Assembly (NCBI GenBank): GCA_965217035.1
Contig: OZ244226.1
Span: forward strand, 1,594,146-1,658,145
Reading direction: 5' to 3'
DNA: 64,000 nt
Source of the DNA: Bacteriovoracaceae bacterium
GTDB taxonomy: Bacteria > Bdellovibrionota > Bacteriovoracia > Bacteriovoracales > Bacteriovoracaceae
Shown: one piece after another, positions 1 to 12,469 of the stretch
How the letters are laid out: each line of letters starts with the position of its first letter
How positions within the stretch are numbered: position 1 is the stretch's first letter
Position numbers and translations under genes: made by a program
The notes under the pieces: model-generated
Seen by the model: the letters and a program-made list of their open reading frames with translations, nothing else
Told to the model about the DNA's origin: nothing
Databases searched by the model: none

Positions 1-452
1 TTGAAAAGTTTGTTGTTGTTTTGAATTCAAGTGATGATCTTGAAAGTGTTCTTTTCTTTGATGCTTTTACAGAAGAAGAAAAGCTTAATGTTCTTAGTGA
101 TATTACTGGGAAAATTGGATTAAATAAAATCGTTACAAACTTTCTTTCTTTTCTTGTTACAGAAAAGAGAATGGGACTTTTTAACGTTGTTTATAAAGAG
201 ATTGTTATTGCTGATGATCATGAAAAAGGTTTTATCCGTGGAACAATCGAAGGGAGTGAAGCTCAAATCGATGAAAGCGTAAAAGCTAAGTTGAAATCCT
301 TCCTGAAGGAGAAGCTCGGTAAAGAACCTGAGCTTGATTACGTTCAATCGGAAAAAGTTACTGCAGGATATAGAGTAAAGGTTGATGATTACCTGCTCGA
401 CGCAAGTTTAGATAACCAATTAGAAAGTTTTAAAAAAACCATAATGTTCTAA
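1..452 (+). CDS. atpH: F1 ATP synthase subunit delta (5'-truncated by window edge)
   Basis: Frame is open from the window start. C-terminal delta/OSCP-like motif ([21 protein letters not shown]). Directly upstream of atpA. Confidence 0.9.
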   Translation, partial: EKFVVVLNSSDDLESVLFFDAFTEEEKLNVLSDITGKIGLNKIVTNFLSFLVTEKRMGLFNVVYKEIVIADDHEKGFIRGTIEGSEAQIDESVKAKLKSFLKEKLGKEPELDYVQSEKVTAGYRVKVDDYLLDASLDNQLESFKKTIMF

Positions 453-465
453 AGAGGAATTATTA

Positions 466-1986
466 ATGAGTACGACAACAATTAGACCAGAAGAAATTAC
501 ATCGATCATTAAAGATCGGATTTCAAACTTCGAATCAAAGCTAGAAGTTAATGAAGTTGGAACAGTCCTTACAATTGGGGACGGAGTTGCTCGAGTTTAC
601 GGGCTAAAAAATGTTCTAGCCGGAGAGCTTGTTGAATTTGATGAAGGTTCGAAAGGGATGGTTCTTAACCTTGAGAATAACAACGTTGGTGTTGCGGTTC
701 TTGGGGATGATAAAGGAATTAAAGAAGGATCGACTGTTAAAAGAACAGAAAAGATCGTTGAAGTTCCAGTTGGCGAAGAACTTCTTGGTCGAGTTGTTGA
801 TCCAATCGGTAATCCACTTGATGGAAAAGGACCGATCAATTCTACAAACTTTAAAAAAGTTGAAACAAAAGCTCCTGGGATTATCGCAAGAAAATCAGTG
901 CATGAGCCACTTCAAACTGGGATCAAAGCGATCGACTCGATGATTCCAATTGGTAGAGGGCAACGAGAGCTTATCATTGGAGATAGAAAGACTGGTAAAA
1001 CTGCGGTTGCGATCGATACGATCATTAACCAAAAAGGTAAAGACGTTAAATGTGTTTACGTAGCAATCGGACAGAAACAATCGACTGTTCGTCAGGTTTT
1101 CCAAAAGCTAACTGAAGCAGGGGCGATGGATTATACAACAATCGTTTCAGCGACAGCGTCTCAGTCTGCACCTCTACAATTTATTGCACCTTATTCTGGA
1201 TGTGCGATGGGTGAATACTTTAGAGACAATAATCAACATGCACTCATCATCTATGATGATTTAACAAAGCAGTCACAAGCTTATAGACAATTATCACTTC
1301 TTCTTAGAAGACCTCCAGGAAGGGAAGCCTTCCCAGGGGACGTTTTCTATATTCACTCAAGACTTCTCGAGAGAGCATGTAAATTAAGTGATGATCTGGG
1401 AGCAGGTTCATTAACAGCACTTCCAGTTATTGAAACTCAGGAAGGTGACGTTTCTGCTTATATTCCTACAAACGTTATTTCAATTACAGATGGTCAGATC
1501 TACCTTGAGGCAGATCTTTTCAACTCTGGTGTTCGTCCAGCAGTTAACGTTGGTCTTTCAGTTTCAAGAGTTGGTGGTTCAGCACAAGTTAAGGCGATGA
1601 AAAAAGTTGCTGGTACACTTCGACTTGACCTTGCTCAGTTTAGAGAGCTTGCAGCCTTTGCTGCTTTTGGTTCAGACCTTGATGAAGCAACGCAGAGACA
1701 ATTATCACGAGGTAAGGTATTAGTTGAGCTTCTTAAGCAAGGACAGTACGCACCGGTTGATGTTTTCGAACAAGTTGTTGTTATCTTTGCAGGTACCAAA
1801 GGACTTCTTGATAACGTTCCAACTGAGAAAGTAGGTCAGGCAGAGAAGGATCTTTTAGACTTCCTTAATAATAGACATTCAGATGTAATGTCTTCATTAA
1901 GGTCTGAAGGTGCAATTACAGCTGATATTCAATCAAAACTTACTGAAGCAATTAAAAACTTCAATGAGGTTAATAAGTACGAGTAA
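466..1986 (+). CDS. atpA: F1 ATP synthase subunit alpha
   Basis: GDRKTGKT Walker [32 protein letters not shown]. Confidence 0.99.
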   Translation: MSTTTIRPEEITSIIKDRISNFESKLEVNEVGTVLTIGDGVARVYGLKNVLAGELVEFDEGSKGMVLNLENNNVGVAVLGDDKGIKEGSTVKRTEKIVEVPVGEELLGRVVDPIGNPLDGKGPINSTNFKKVETKAPGIIARKSVHEPLQTGIKAIDSMIPIGRGQRELIIGDRKTGKTAVAIDTIINQKGKDVKCVYVAIGQKQSTVRQVFQKLTEAGAMDYTTIVSATASQSAPLQFIAPYSGCAMGEYFRDNNQHALIIYDDLTKQSQAYRQLSLLLRRPPGREAFPGDVFYIHSRLLERACKLSDDLGAGSLTALPVIETQEGDVSAYIPTNVISITDGQIYLEADLFNSGVRPAVNVGLSVSRVGGSAQVKAMKKVAGTLRLDLAQFRELAAFAAFGSDLDEATQRQLSRGKVLVELLKQGQYAPVDVFEQVVVIFAGTKGLLDNVPTEKVGQAEKDLLDFLNNRHSDVMSSLRSEGAITADIQSKLTEAIKNFNEVNKYE

Positions 1987-1989
1987 TTC

Positions 1990-4293
<2,304 letters not shown>

Positions 4294-4294
<1 letters not shown>

Positions 4295-4665
4295 TGATGA
4301 AGTTGATTACTTTTTTTCTAATAATAACTTCAAGCCAAGTGTTCTCAAAGGATATTGTGAATTGTTTCTCAATAGATAACACGATTTATCATGTTGATTT
4401 GAAAGAGAAATCAGTTTTGGTTCGATACTTTCATGATCATTCTCTAAAGAAGTATAAAAATGTAAAATTCGAATACTCAAGAAAAAGATCAATTAAGTCA
4501 TTAAAGTTTGGACTGAAAAATTACTTTGTTGCCATGGTTACCTTTAATAAAAAAGGGGAAGGTTTTGGAGAAGTCAAAGATCAAGATTTACCAAAAGGTA
4601 GTGAAGATATTATTTGCGTATTAGATGATTCAATCTCAGGAGGCAAGCCTCGGGAGAGGCAATAA
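4294..4665 (+). CDS. Hypothetical small secreted protein (signal peptide, 2 Cys) inside the atp operon
   Basis: Fills the entire atpD-atpC gap with TAATG stop/start overlaps at both ends. N-terminus MKLITFFLIITSSQVFS is signal-peptide-like. Confidence 0.8.
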
Positions 4666-5075
4666 TGTTTAAGTTGGATTTATTAACTCCAAATGGTGCG
4701 ATCGTTAAAAATGTTGAATGCGATGAAGTTTTAATTCCGACTTGTCGGGGTGAAATTAATATTCTTCCGAATCACACTCACGTTCTTACAACTCTTAATA
4801 CGGGAATTCTTACTGTCCGAAAAGGTGAAGAGAAAAAATATTTCTCTATAACTCACGGGACTTGTAAAATTCTTGGTGAAAAAATCTCTATTCTTTCTTC
4901 GACTTCAGAAACAGCTGATCAAATCGACTTGGATCGTGCTAAAAGCGCTCTTGATAGGGCGGAGAAAAAACTGAAGGGTGAGGAGCACCTCAGCGAAGTT
5001 GAGCTCATTAAGCATCAAAGAAAGCTTGAAAGAGCGAAAACTCGAGTAGAAATCGGATATCTTAGAGGTAGTTAA
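4665..5075 (+). CDS. atpC: F1 ATP synthase subunit epsilon
   Basis: LDLLTPNG, GEINILPNH, IDLDRAKSALDRAE epsilon features; operon position. Confidence 0.97.
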   Translation: MFKLDLLTPNGAIVKNVECDEVLIPTCRGEINILPNHTHVLTTLNTGILTVRKGEEKKYFSITHGTCKILGEKISILSSTSETADQIDLDRAKSALDRAEKKLKGEEHLSEVELIKHQRKLERAKTRVEIGYLRGS

Positions 5076-5222
5076 TCCACTCTGCCTGAGTATTCACAAA
5101 ACTAATGATTGATCATTTTTATAAGTTTATGAATAGTCATTTTTGATTAATCACAAACTTGTGATTTTATTAATAATTTTCTTGGCGCTGATTTTAGTTG
5201 TTTTACAATAATAACTAGTCTT

Positions 5223-7589
5223 ATGTTGCGCAAAATATTGTTTTCAATTCTATGTATTCTTATGGTGAGCAGTGCTTATCTTTATAGGCTCATTGATAAA
5301 AGCATCAATAAGACGGTTTCAAAGTCATTAACGACAATGTCAAAACCTCTAGTTAAAAGAAGGGTTCCAGCGACTAAAAATATTATTAAGCTACCTAAAA
5401 AAATAAAAAATAAAATTATTAAAATAAAAACTGAAAAAGTTTCAAAAAATGTTTCTGAAAAGTCTGAACAACTACTTGCAGAGGTTGACCAGAAGATTTT
5501 TTATAATAGAGAGATTCAAAAGATTGAGAAATTAGCGAAACTCCGATCTGCAAAAAAAATAGTTACTAAAGCAATCAAAAAAAGAAAACCTAAAAAGCCT
5601 CAAGCTTATTCAAAACCTCTTTATAAGCCCAAAGAGCTCGTTTCTGAAAATATGAATATTGATTCATCAGATAGGTTTGTTCATACAGGCTATGATATTC
5701 AAATTGAAATTGAGACAATTGATCTCATTGCACTTTCCGAGAAAGTCTTACTCGATATTTCAAGTACAGGAACAAAGCTTGCTCAGGCTTCTGCTATAGT
5801 TCCAGAAAAATTAGAAGAAACTGTAGAAAGTAATGATCTTTTTGAAGTTGTTATTAATGAAGAAGTGAGTGCGAAAGATGAACTCACATATCGATTTAGT
5901 GCTAATAAAAAAGATTTTAAAATAGAAAAAAATGAAAAGATAAAAAAGATTGAAAAACCTTTAGCTGAAAAAGAAGAAGAGCTTATTGAGATAACTGAAA
6001 TAGCGAGTAGCAAAACAAAAGATCCCATTAATAATGAAAAATATTTAGTTGAAGAAATAAAAGAAGTTCAATCTTTGGAGAAGTTTTTAAAAGAGCCTCC
6101 AGTCAAAGAAGCTCAAGGCGATGATCTTGTCTTTTTTGACTACTCAGAAAAGGGTGACTACTCAAGTGCCCCCATAGAACCAAAGAAACCAAAAACAAAG
6201 AAGTCTGACTATTCACAATCTGAAAGCCTCTTCTTGACTACTCAAAAAGCTATTCTGAATCAAGCAGATCCTAAGGAAAATCAGGTATGGAAGTTTAATA
6301 AAAAGAAAAAAGGGAATAGGGTAGCTCAAAACTCAAGCTCTCAAAATGTTAATAGCTTTCTGAGTGCAATTTCAGATCAAACTGAAAAATATCAAATGAA
6401 TAAAAACTCAAAAGAAACCGAGAAGCCTGAGAATGAAGAAGCTGTCCTGGATGTTGAGGCCCTTTATGTCTTTAGTGATGATGAAGAGACAGCTGAGTCC
6501 CCTTTTGAAATAGAGTTTTCAGATAATGGAGTTCGTATTGATTCAGGTTATGAAGGTTTCATCAATATCGTTCATAGTTTAAATGGTGAAAGTGCTATCA
6601 GAAGAGCTAAGGTTCTAAGTTCAGACTTTATTCCTTCTATTGTTGATTTTTCAATTTATAAAAATGAAAAACGTAAAGTCATGGTTCCTGTTTTCTCGCG
6701 AAAGTTTTGGTTTGATTTGATTGATAGAGAACAGGTAGATGAATTTAAAGCGGCTCTTTTAATCGAAAAAAATAAAGAATTTGAAGTTATTCCAGAATCA
6801 ATTAATCAAAAACCAATACTTTATAATTCTGATTTTGAAGTCGTGGGAAATGAAAGCGAAGCCAGTTATGAGCTTTATATCGATCTTTTACCTGGAAATA
6901 TTACACTAAGTTATAATGATGGTCAGAATCAAGGTTTTAAGGATATTCATCTTGAAGGTGCCGCGATTTATTTTGAAAAGGTTAGTGCGAAATTAGTAAA
7001 TGCAACAATTAAACTCAATGAAAAAGAAGTTCTCGGTTCTAGTGTGTCACCTCTTGATATTACTGAAAATAAATTAAGACAAATGTATTTAAATACAAAG
7101 GCCATTAAAAGAGGTGTAAACGCTTATCAATTTAAAAATATTCTAAGACCTAACGGTTCTCGTTCTTATTATCAACTTTATACTGAAGCTAAGGTTGATA
7201 TTGGTTCCTCTAAAAAGAATTCAATCATAGAAATACCTTCTAGAGGTTTTAAAGAAGAGGTTCTTTATAAGCTTGATCTAGCAGAGCCAAGAGATTTTTG
7301 TATCATTCAAATTAACCTTCCTAAGACAAAGCAGCTCGATACTCTTAGTACCAATGGTGAAGGTATTCTGTCTGAGGGAGATGATTCAAAGGCGCTTCAT
7401 ACTGAATATCATGCTTTTGATAGTGATGGTGTTTTCTACACTGATATTGGTGAAAAGACTCAAAAAGTATTTATCATAGCGGAAGGAACAGGAGTTATTT
7501 CAACTCATTTAGAGTATGCAGACGAAACGAGTGATTATCTTCTTTCTGTTTGTGATAGTTCTTATACGGTAGAGTCTTTAGGACTCTGA
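5223..7589 (+). CDS. Large hypothetical membrane-anchored/secreted protein with K-rich and E-rich regions
   Basis: 788-aa ORF with an N-terminal hydrophobic segment; no family recognised. Confidence 0.75.
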   Translation: MLRKILFSILCILMVSSAYLYRLIDKSINKTVSKSLTTMSKPLVKRRVPATKNIIKLPKKIKNKIIKIKTEKVSKNVSEKSEQLLAEVDQKIFYNREIQKIEKLAKLRSAKKIVTKAIKKRKPKKPQAYSKPLYKPKELVSENMNIDSSDRFVHTGYDIQIEIETIDLIALSEKVLLDISSTGTKLAQASAIVPEKLEETVESNDLFEVVINEEVSAKDELTYRFSANKKDFKIEKNEKIKKIEKPLAEKEEELIEITEIASSKTKDPINNEKYLVEEIKEVQSLEKFLKEPPVKEAQGDDLVFFDYSEKGDYSSAPIEPKKPKTKKSDYSQSESLFLTTQKAILNQADPKENQVWKFNKKKKGNRVAQNSSSQNVNSFLSAISDQTEKYQMNKNSKETEKPENEEAVLDVEALYVFSDDEETAESPFEIEFSDNGVRIDSGYEGFINIVHSLNGESAIRRAKVLSSDFIPSIVDFSIYKNEKRKVMVPVFSRKFWFDLIDREQVDEFKAALLIEKNKEFEVIPESINQKPILYNSDFEVVGNESEASYELYIDLLPGNITLSYNDGQNQGFKDIHLEGAAIYFEKVSAKLVNATIKLNEKEVLGSSVSPLDITENKLRQMYLNTKAIKRGVNAYQFKNILRPNGSRSYYQLYTEAKVDIGSSKKNSIIEIPSRGFKEEVLYKLDLAEPRDFCIIQINLPKTKQLDTLSTNGEGILSEGDDSKALHTEYHAFDSDGVFYTDIGEKTQKVFIIAEGTGVISTHLEYADETSDYLLSVCDSSYTVESLGL

Positions 7590-8756
7590 TAAATCAGCAA
7601 AGACTTCCATCGTTTTTTTATATCCTTGCCTTATAACTAACGCCATAGCATCAGATTCTAGTGAAAACTGATTTGTAAAAAAGGTTCTGTAATCTTTGTG
7701 ATCAGGAAAAATATCAATAAACTTTAGATGTTTTTTGTAGCTGAGCTTTGATTCAAGAATTCTTATAATTTCTTTTTTATGTCTATCGCTAAAGTTTTCA
7801 TTTTTCATATAGGAATGAATTGTTTTTAAAATATCTTCAGAGGTTTTAAATTGAGCTCGCGCTGTTACAATTTTTTTCTGAATCATTAAAAAAATTGACT
7901 GAACCGCGATTCCTGGAATTCCATAATGAGCTAGAGATCCTATTTCATCATGAAAATGATAAGGGGTATGAGTCCAAGAACTAATAATGACATCACAATT
8001 ATTATCAATCGCTACATGTGTAGATAAAGTGTCTCTGATTTCACCATCAATATAATAATCAACATCATTTGTACGATCGTTTTTGATTGGAAAGGGTGTG
8101 TAAAAAGGTGGAACACTCATACTTGCAGCGACTGCATCAGAAATTTTTGTTCCAGTATAATAATGAGAAGTAGAGTCATGAGAAGGATTAGGATAGTTGT
8201 ATTTACTAAAGATAACCTTTCTCGAATTATCTAATTGCGTTGCAATGACAAAGAGATCGACATCATAATCATCAAATTTTTCAGATTTTAATATGTGCTC
8301 AATAAGATACTTTCTTAAACCTTCCGTTGAAAAAAATCCAGAAGTACTTAAAAAAGGCTTGAAGATTCTTTTTACTAAATAGGGAAAGCTTCCTAGTGGA
8401 TCGAAAAAATCTGGCTTCTTTGTTTTGATATTGGGTCTTTTGAGATAAAGCATATCTTTGTAGCCAACCGCTTTCAGCTTGCCTTTTTTACCGATAGTAG
8501 CATCAATGATTTCATGAGGACTGTGTCCACATGCAAAGTAGGTGCTGATCATTGCCCCTGCACTTGAGCCAACATAGGTATTAATATTAAGTTCGTCGTC
8601 TTTTTCTTGAACCTTGTTATAGCCACCAAGTTTAAAGCCCAACTCCTCTAGAGCGAGACTAACTCCTAGATGCCAAGCAGCGGCTTTAACGACTCCACCT
8701 GAAAGGACGAGGCCAATTTTTTTATCTTTAAATGAATTGAGAACTTCTCGTGTCAT
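7578..8756 (-). CDS. Patatin-like phospholipase family protein
   Basis: LVLSGG oxyanion loop, GSSAG nucleophile elbow, AASMSVP, DGE catalytic Asp motif. Confidence 0.9.
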   Translation of the reverse strand: MTREVLNSFKDKKIGLVLSGGVVKAAAWHLGVSLALEELGFKLGGYNKVQEKDDELNINTYVGSSAGAMISTYFACGHSPHEIIDATIGKKGKLKAVGYKDMLYLKRPNIKTKKPDFFDPLGSFPYLVKRIFKPFLSTSGFFSTEGLRKYLIEHILKSEKFDDYDVDLFVIATQLDNSRKVIFSKYNYPNPSHDSTSHYYTGTKISDAVAASMSVPPFYTPFPIKNDRTNDVDYYIDGEIRDTLSTHVAIDNNCDVIISSWTHTPYHFHDEIGSLAHYGIPGIAVQSIFLMIQKKIVTARAQFKTSEDILKTIHSYMKNENFSDRHKKEIIRILESKLSYKKHLKFIDIFPDHKDYRTFFTNQFSLESDAMALVIRQGYKKTMEVFADLSES

Positions 8757-8809
8757 AAATAAAATATGTTTTTATGTTATTTTTCTTCCTTTTATTATAT
8801 TACTTAAAT

Positions 8810-9127
8810 ATGGAAATAAATCAGCAAGGAAAGTGGTTATCCATTCTAGATTATGCCCAGCACAAGGGTGTCTCAATTTCGAGTATCCGCCGCTATATTA
8901 AAGCTGGAAGAGTGAAATTCAAGCAGGAGAGCGGTAAATACTTTATTTGGGTATCCAATTATTCATCTAAAGTTGATCATTCAGAAAAAAAAGAAAATAG
9001 ACTCATCAATAAAATTAAAGCGCTTCAAGAAGAAAACCAAGAATTAAGAATGTTGGTTGATCTTTATGAGGGGCAATTAAGAAAAAAGCCTCAAAATGTT
9101 GAACTACCTGAAATACCTGTGCACTAG
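8810..9127 (+). CDS. Small excisionase/MerR-like HTH DNA-binding protein with coiled-coil tail
   Basis: WLSILDYAQHKGVSISSIRRYIKAGRV HTH pattern, then heptad-like IKALQEENQELRMLV. ATG 8810 preferred over 8774. Confidence 0.75.
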   Translation: MEINQQGKWLSILDYAQHKGVSISSIRRYIKAGRVKFKQESGKYFIWVSNYSSKVDHSEKKENRLINKIKALQEENQELRMLVDLYEGQLRKKPQNVELPEIPVH

Positions 9128-10571
9128 TTTTCTCGTTCTTTTTTCGCTAACAAGTTTGGCCAATAAAAACATGAAGCGATGTACGCTTCTTCCAGTGGTC
9201 GATAATGTTGATGGAGCTATTGCTTACAAGGTTTTTGAATTTACAGAAAAATATCTTCGTTCAAGCACATGGTGTTCTTATCGGTCGAACACAGAACTTT
9301 TGAATGTTTTCAGCAATTATCGAGATAAACTTGATGAGTATCTCGATAAACCTGAAGTTTTAAAAACAGTTTCTGAGAAATTGAATGTTGGTTCAATTAT
9401 TCGAGTCAAAATTCAAGGAGTCGTTGATGGAATTCGCTTGAGAATGTTTGTCTATGGAGATAACGGTGAAGTTATGTACTATGAAAATAGTACGCTCATT
9501 CAAAGTGAAAACATCGAAGCAATTAATTTAACTCTTCGTGATTGGTTACGAGAATACTCCACGATTATTCCTTATGACGGAATGATTGTCGGGGTGTTAG
9601 GAGATCAAATTACATTTGATGTTGGTCGCTCAAGAAACTTTAAAGTTGGTCAAAGTTTTACCATCAGAAAGTTTAATAATTATAAAAAACATCCTTTATT
9701 AAACTCTGTTGTTGAATGGGATAGTGAGCTTATAGGTAGAGGAAAGGTTTTTAACTTTTCAGGAAACCAGGCCGTTGGAATTGTAAAAGTTTATAAAGGA
9801 AATTTTAAAGTTGATAAAGGGAATTGGATTATTATCGATAAAAATCCTAAAGAAGAAAAACTAGGCTTAAGCAAAGAAGAGATTAAAGAAAACCAATTTG
9901 GAAAACTGGGAATTGGGACACTCTTTTTTGAAGGTGGGGATCATAGTGTTAAGGCTGGAGGAACAACCTCACAAAGAAAGGTTAATGGAATTTTATTAGG
10001 AGTTAGTATTAGAGCAGAGGCTTGGATCACAAGGAATTACTTTGGAGTTTTTGAATACGGCCAGCGATTTGGAAACTTAAAAGAAGCCTCTACGGGACTT
10101 TCTCGCAATAGCTATGGAATTCAACCTGGAGTACTAAAAATTATTGGGGGTTATCGATTTCTTCCAATGCGTTTTTTCTATGGTCCACGTCTCGATGTTT
10201 ACTCAGGATGGGCTAAATATACTTATTCAATGGACCTTGCTGCCTTAGATGGCTTTGGAGCTGCTGATTTTGGCGGTTTTATCGGTGGTGTTAAGTTTGA
10301 TATGCCTATTATGAAGGACACAAGAGCTTATGCTCGTGCTGAGGTTATCTTGGACTCAGCTTTCAATGATTCTGATGAAATTTATGAAGAAACAAGTTCT
10401 ACTTCAAGTTTGCAGTTTGAGATTGGGTCGCGATTTAAATGGAATCCAATTATGTTCGTCGATGCGACTTTGCAGGTAACTTCAAATAAAGCAAAATTTA
10501 AGTCAGGAACGACAAGAGATCTTCAATTTCAAGATTCCAGCTTTAAGGTTGGTCTCTCATATTTGTTTTAA
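9096..10571 (+). CDS. Secreted protein with C-terminal outer-membrane beta-barrel
   Basis: Signal peptide; alternating beta-strand pattern in the C-terminal half; terminal VGLSYLF BAM-like signal. Confidence 0.65.
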   Translation: MLNYLKYLCTSFLVLFSLTSLANKNMKRCTLLPVVDNVDGAIAYKVFEFTEKYLRSSTWCSYRSNTELLNVFSNYRDKLDEYLDKPEVLKTVSEKLNVGSIIRVKIQGVVDGIRLRMFVYGDNGEVMYYENSTLIQSENIEAINLTLRDWLREYSTIIPYDGMIVGVLGDQITFDVGRSRNFKVGQSFTIRKFNNYKKHPLLNSVVEWDSELIGRGKVFNFSGNQAVGIVKVYKGNFKVDKGNWIIIDKNPKEEKLGLSKEEIKENQFGKLGIGTLFFEGGDHSVKAGGTTSQRKVNGILLGVSIRAEAWITRNYFGVFEYGQRFGNLKEASTGLSRNSYGIQPGVLKIIGGYRFLPMRFFYGPRLDVYSGWAKYTYSMDLAALDGFGAADFGGFIGGVKFDMPIMKDTRAYARAEVILDSAFNDSDEIYEETSSTSSLQFEIGSRFKWNPIMFVDATLQVTSNKAKFKSGTTRDLQFQDSSFKVGLSYLF

Positions 10572-10574
10572 CTC

Positions 10575-12467
10575 ATGAGTCTTACAAAAATTCAAAAACT
10601 TGAAAAAGAAATTTTAAAACACAAAGAGCTCTACTATCAAGGTGAGGCTAAAATTTCGGATCAAGATTTCGATAAATTAGAAGAGCAGTTAAAAAAAATT
10701 GCTCCTGAAAGTCCTGTTCTTAATATCGTTGGAGCCCCAGTTAAGTCTAGCAATAAAATCAAGCATGCTAAAAAAATGCTTAGCCTAGATAAGTGTTATG
10801 ACTTAGAAAAGTTTATAAAATGGATGGGTAATAACGAACTTGTAAGTACTTATAAAATAGATGGTTCAAGTTGTTCTATTGTTTATAAATCAGGCGTTTT
10901 AAAGTTTGCTAAAACTCGAGGAGATGGAAGTTATGGAGAAAATATTTTAGAAAAAGTTCTTTATATTTCAGAGGTTCCAAATCGAATAAAAGATAAAAAA
11001 AGTTTTGAGGTAAGGGGAGAAATTTTTTGTACAGATGGTGATTTTCTCAAGATTTCGAAACAAATGGAAAAAGAAGGTCTTCCTAAACCTCAGTCAAAAA
11101 GAAATATTGTAGCAGGACTATTGGGAAGAAAAGAAAATAATCATTTATCACAATTTTTAAGATTTCAGGCATTTGAATTAATTAGTGATGATTTTAAGCC
11201 TGAATCAGAGTTTGAAAAGTTCAAAATTCTTAAAAAGCTAGGGTTTGTCACTCCAGATTTTTATATCAATAAATCTCAATCAGATATAGAAAAGCGTATC
11301 TCAGACGCTGAGAGTTTTATGAATGATGGAGAGTATCTTATTGATGGTCTTGTTTTCACAATTAATAATATCTCCCTTCATTCGAAGCTAGGAGAAACTG
11401 CTCATCACCCTCGTTACAAGATGGCCTATAAGTTCCAAGGAGATACGAAAAAAACTAAGATTCTTGATATTGAATGGGGAGTTTCTCGAAATGGTACTTT
11501 AACTCCTGTTGCACTTGTTGAGCCCGTTGAGTTAAGCCAAGCAATGGTGTCTCGGGTGACACTGCATAACTATGGAATCGTTTTAGCTGAAAAATTAAAA
11601 AAAGGTGATGAGATAGAGATCGTTCGATCAGGAGAGGTCATTCCTAAGTTTTTACGTGTTGTCAAAGCTTCAAAGATTAAGCAAAGAATTCCAGATAAAT
11701 GCCCAAGCTGTGACACCAAGATTAAAGTCGATGATATTCGATTACTTTGTGTGAACGATGATTGCCCTGCTAAAAACTTAGAATTAATACAGTACTTTGT
11801 TGCAACGATAGGAATTGATGATCTGAGTTCAAAGAGGCTAGGGGAGATGATTAGAGTTGGCTTGGTTTTTGATATTCCATCACTTTATGATCTGACTGTT
11901 GAGGACTTTCTTACTCTGGATAAAACAAAAGAAAAAATGGCTAACAAGTTATATGAAAACATTCAAAACTCTAAGGAAGTCGGAATTGTTCAGTTTATGA
12001 GTGCTTTGGGAATCGCCGGTGGAGGCAGTCAAAAATGTGAAAAAATTGCACAGGCAGGCTTTAATACAGTTGAGAAATTTATCAATATTACCAAGGATGA
12101 GTTAGCCGCTATCGAAGGTTTTGCAGAAAAATCGGCTAATGATTTCGTTGTTTCACTTAAGTCTAAAAAGAAACTTGTTAAAAGTCTTTTGAAGCAAGGT
12201 TTTAATATTTCAAAATTAGAAAATAATCAAGCAAGTGGTGGACTCTCAGGGTTGAAGTTTTGTATTACTGGAACTCTCTCAATGAAGAGAACTGAAATTC
12301 AAAGAATGATCAAAAATCAAGGTGGGGAAATAGTCTCGAGTGTTTCTGTTAAAACAAGCTATGTAGTAACGAATGACACAAAAAGCTCTTCGTCTAAGTT
12401 TAAAAAAGCAAAAGAACTTAATATACCGATTATCAACGAGACTAAACTTTTAGCAATGATGGAATAA
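10575..12467 (+). CDS. ligA: NAD-dependent DNA ligase
   Basis: KIDG adenylation motif, TRGDG, EVRGE, Cys4 zinc finger, C-terminal BRCT. Confidence 0.97.
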   Translation: MSLTKIQKLEKEILKHKELYYQGEAKISDQDFDKLEEQLKKIAPESPVLNIVGAPVKSSNKIKHAKKMLSLDKCYDLEKFIKWMGNNELVSTYKIDGSSCSIVYKSGVLKFAKTRGDGSYGENILEKVLYISEVPNRIKDKKSFEVRGEIFCTDGDFLKISKQMEKEGLPKPQSKRNIVAGLLGRKENNHLSQFLRFQAFELISDDFKPESEFEKFKILKKLGFVTPDFYINKSQSDIEKRISDAESFMNDGEYLIDGLVFTINNISLHSKLGETAHHPRYKMAYKFQGDTKKTKILDIEWGVSRNGTLTPVALVEPVELSQAMVSRVTLHNYGIVLAEKLKKGDEIEIVRSGEVIPKFLRVVKASKIKQRIPDKCPSCDTKIKVDDIRLLCVNDDCPAKNLELIQYFVATIGIDDLSSKRLGEMIRVGLVFDIPSLYDLTVEDFLTLDKTKEKMANKLYENIQNSKEVGIVQFMSALGIAGGGSQKCEKIAQAGFNTVEKFINITKDELAAIEGFAEKSANDFVVSLKSKKKLVKSLLKQGFNISKLENNQASGGLSGLKFCITGTLSMKRTEIQRMIKNQGGEIVSSVSVKTSYVVTNDTKSSSSKFKKAKELNIPIINETKLLAMME

Positions 12468-12469
12468 TT

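Noticed and set aside
5183..5198. Sigma54-like TGGCGC element upstream of the 788-aa gene
   Set aside because: The -12 position reads AG rather than GC.
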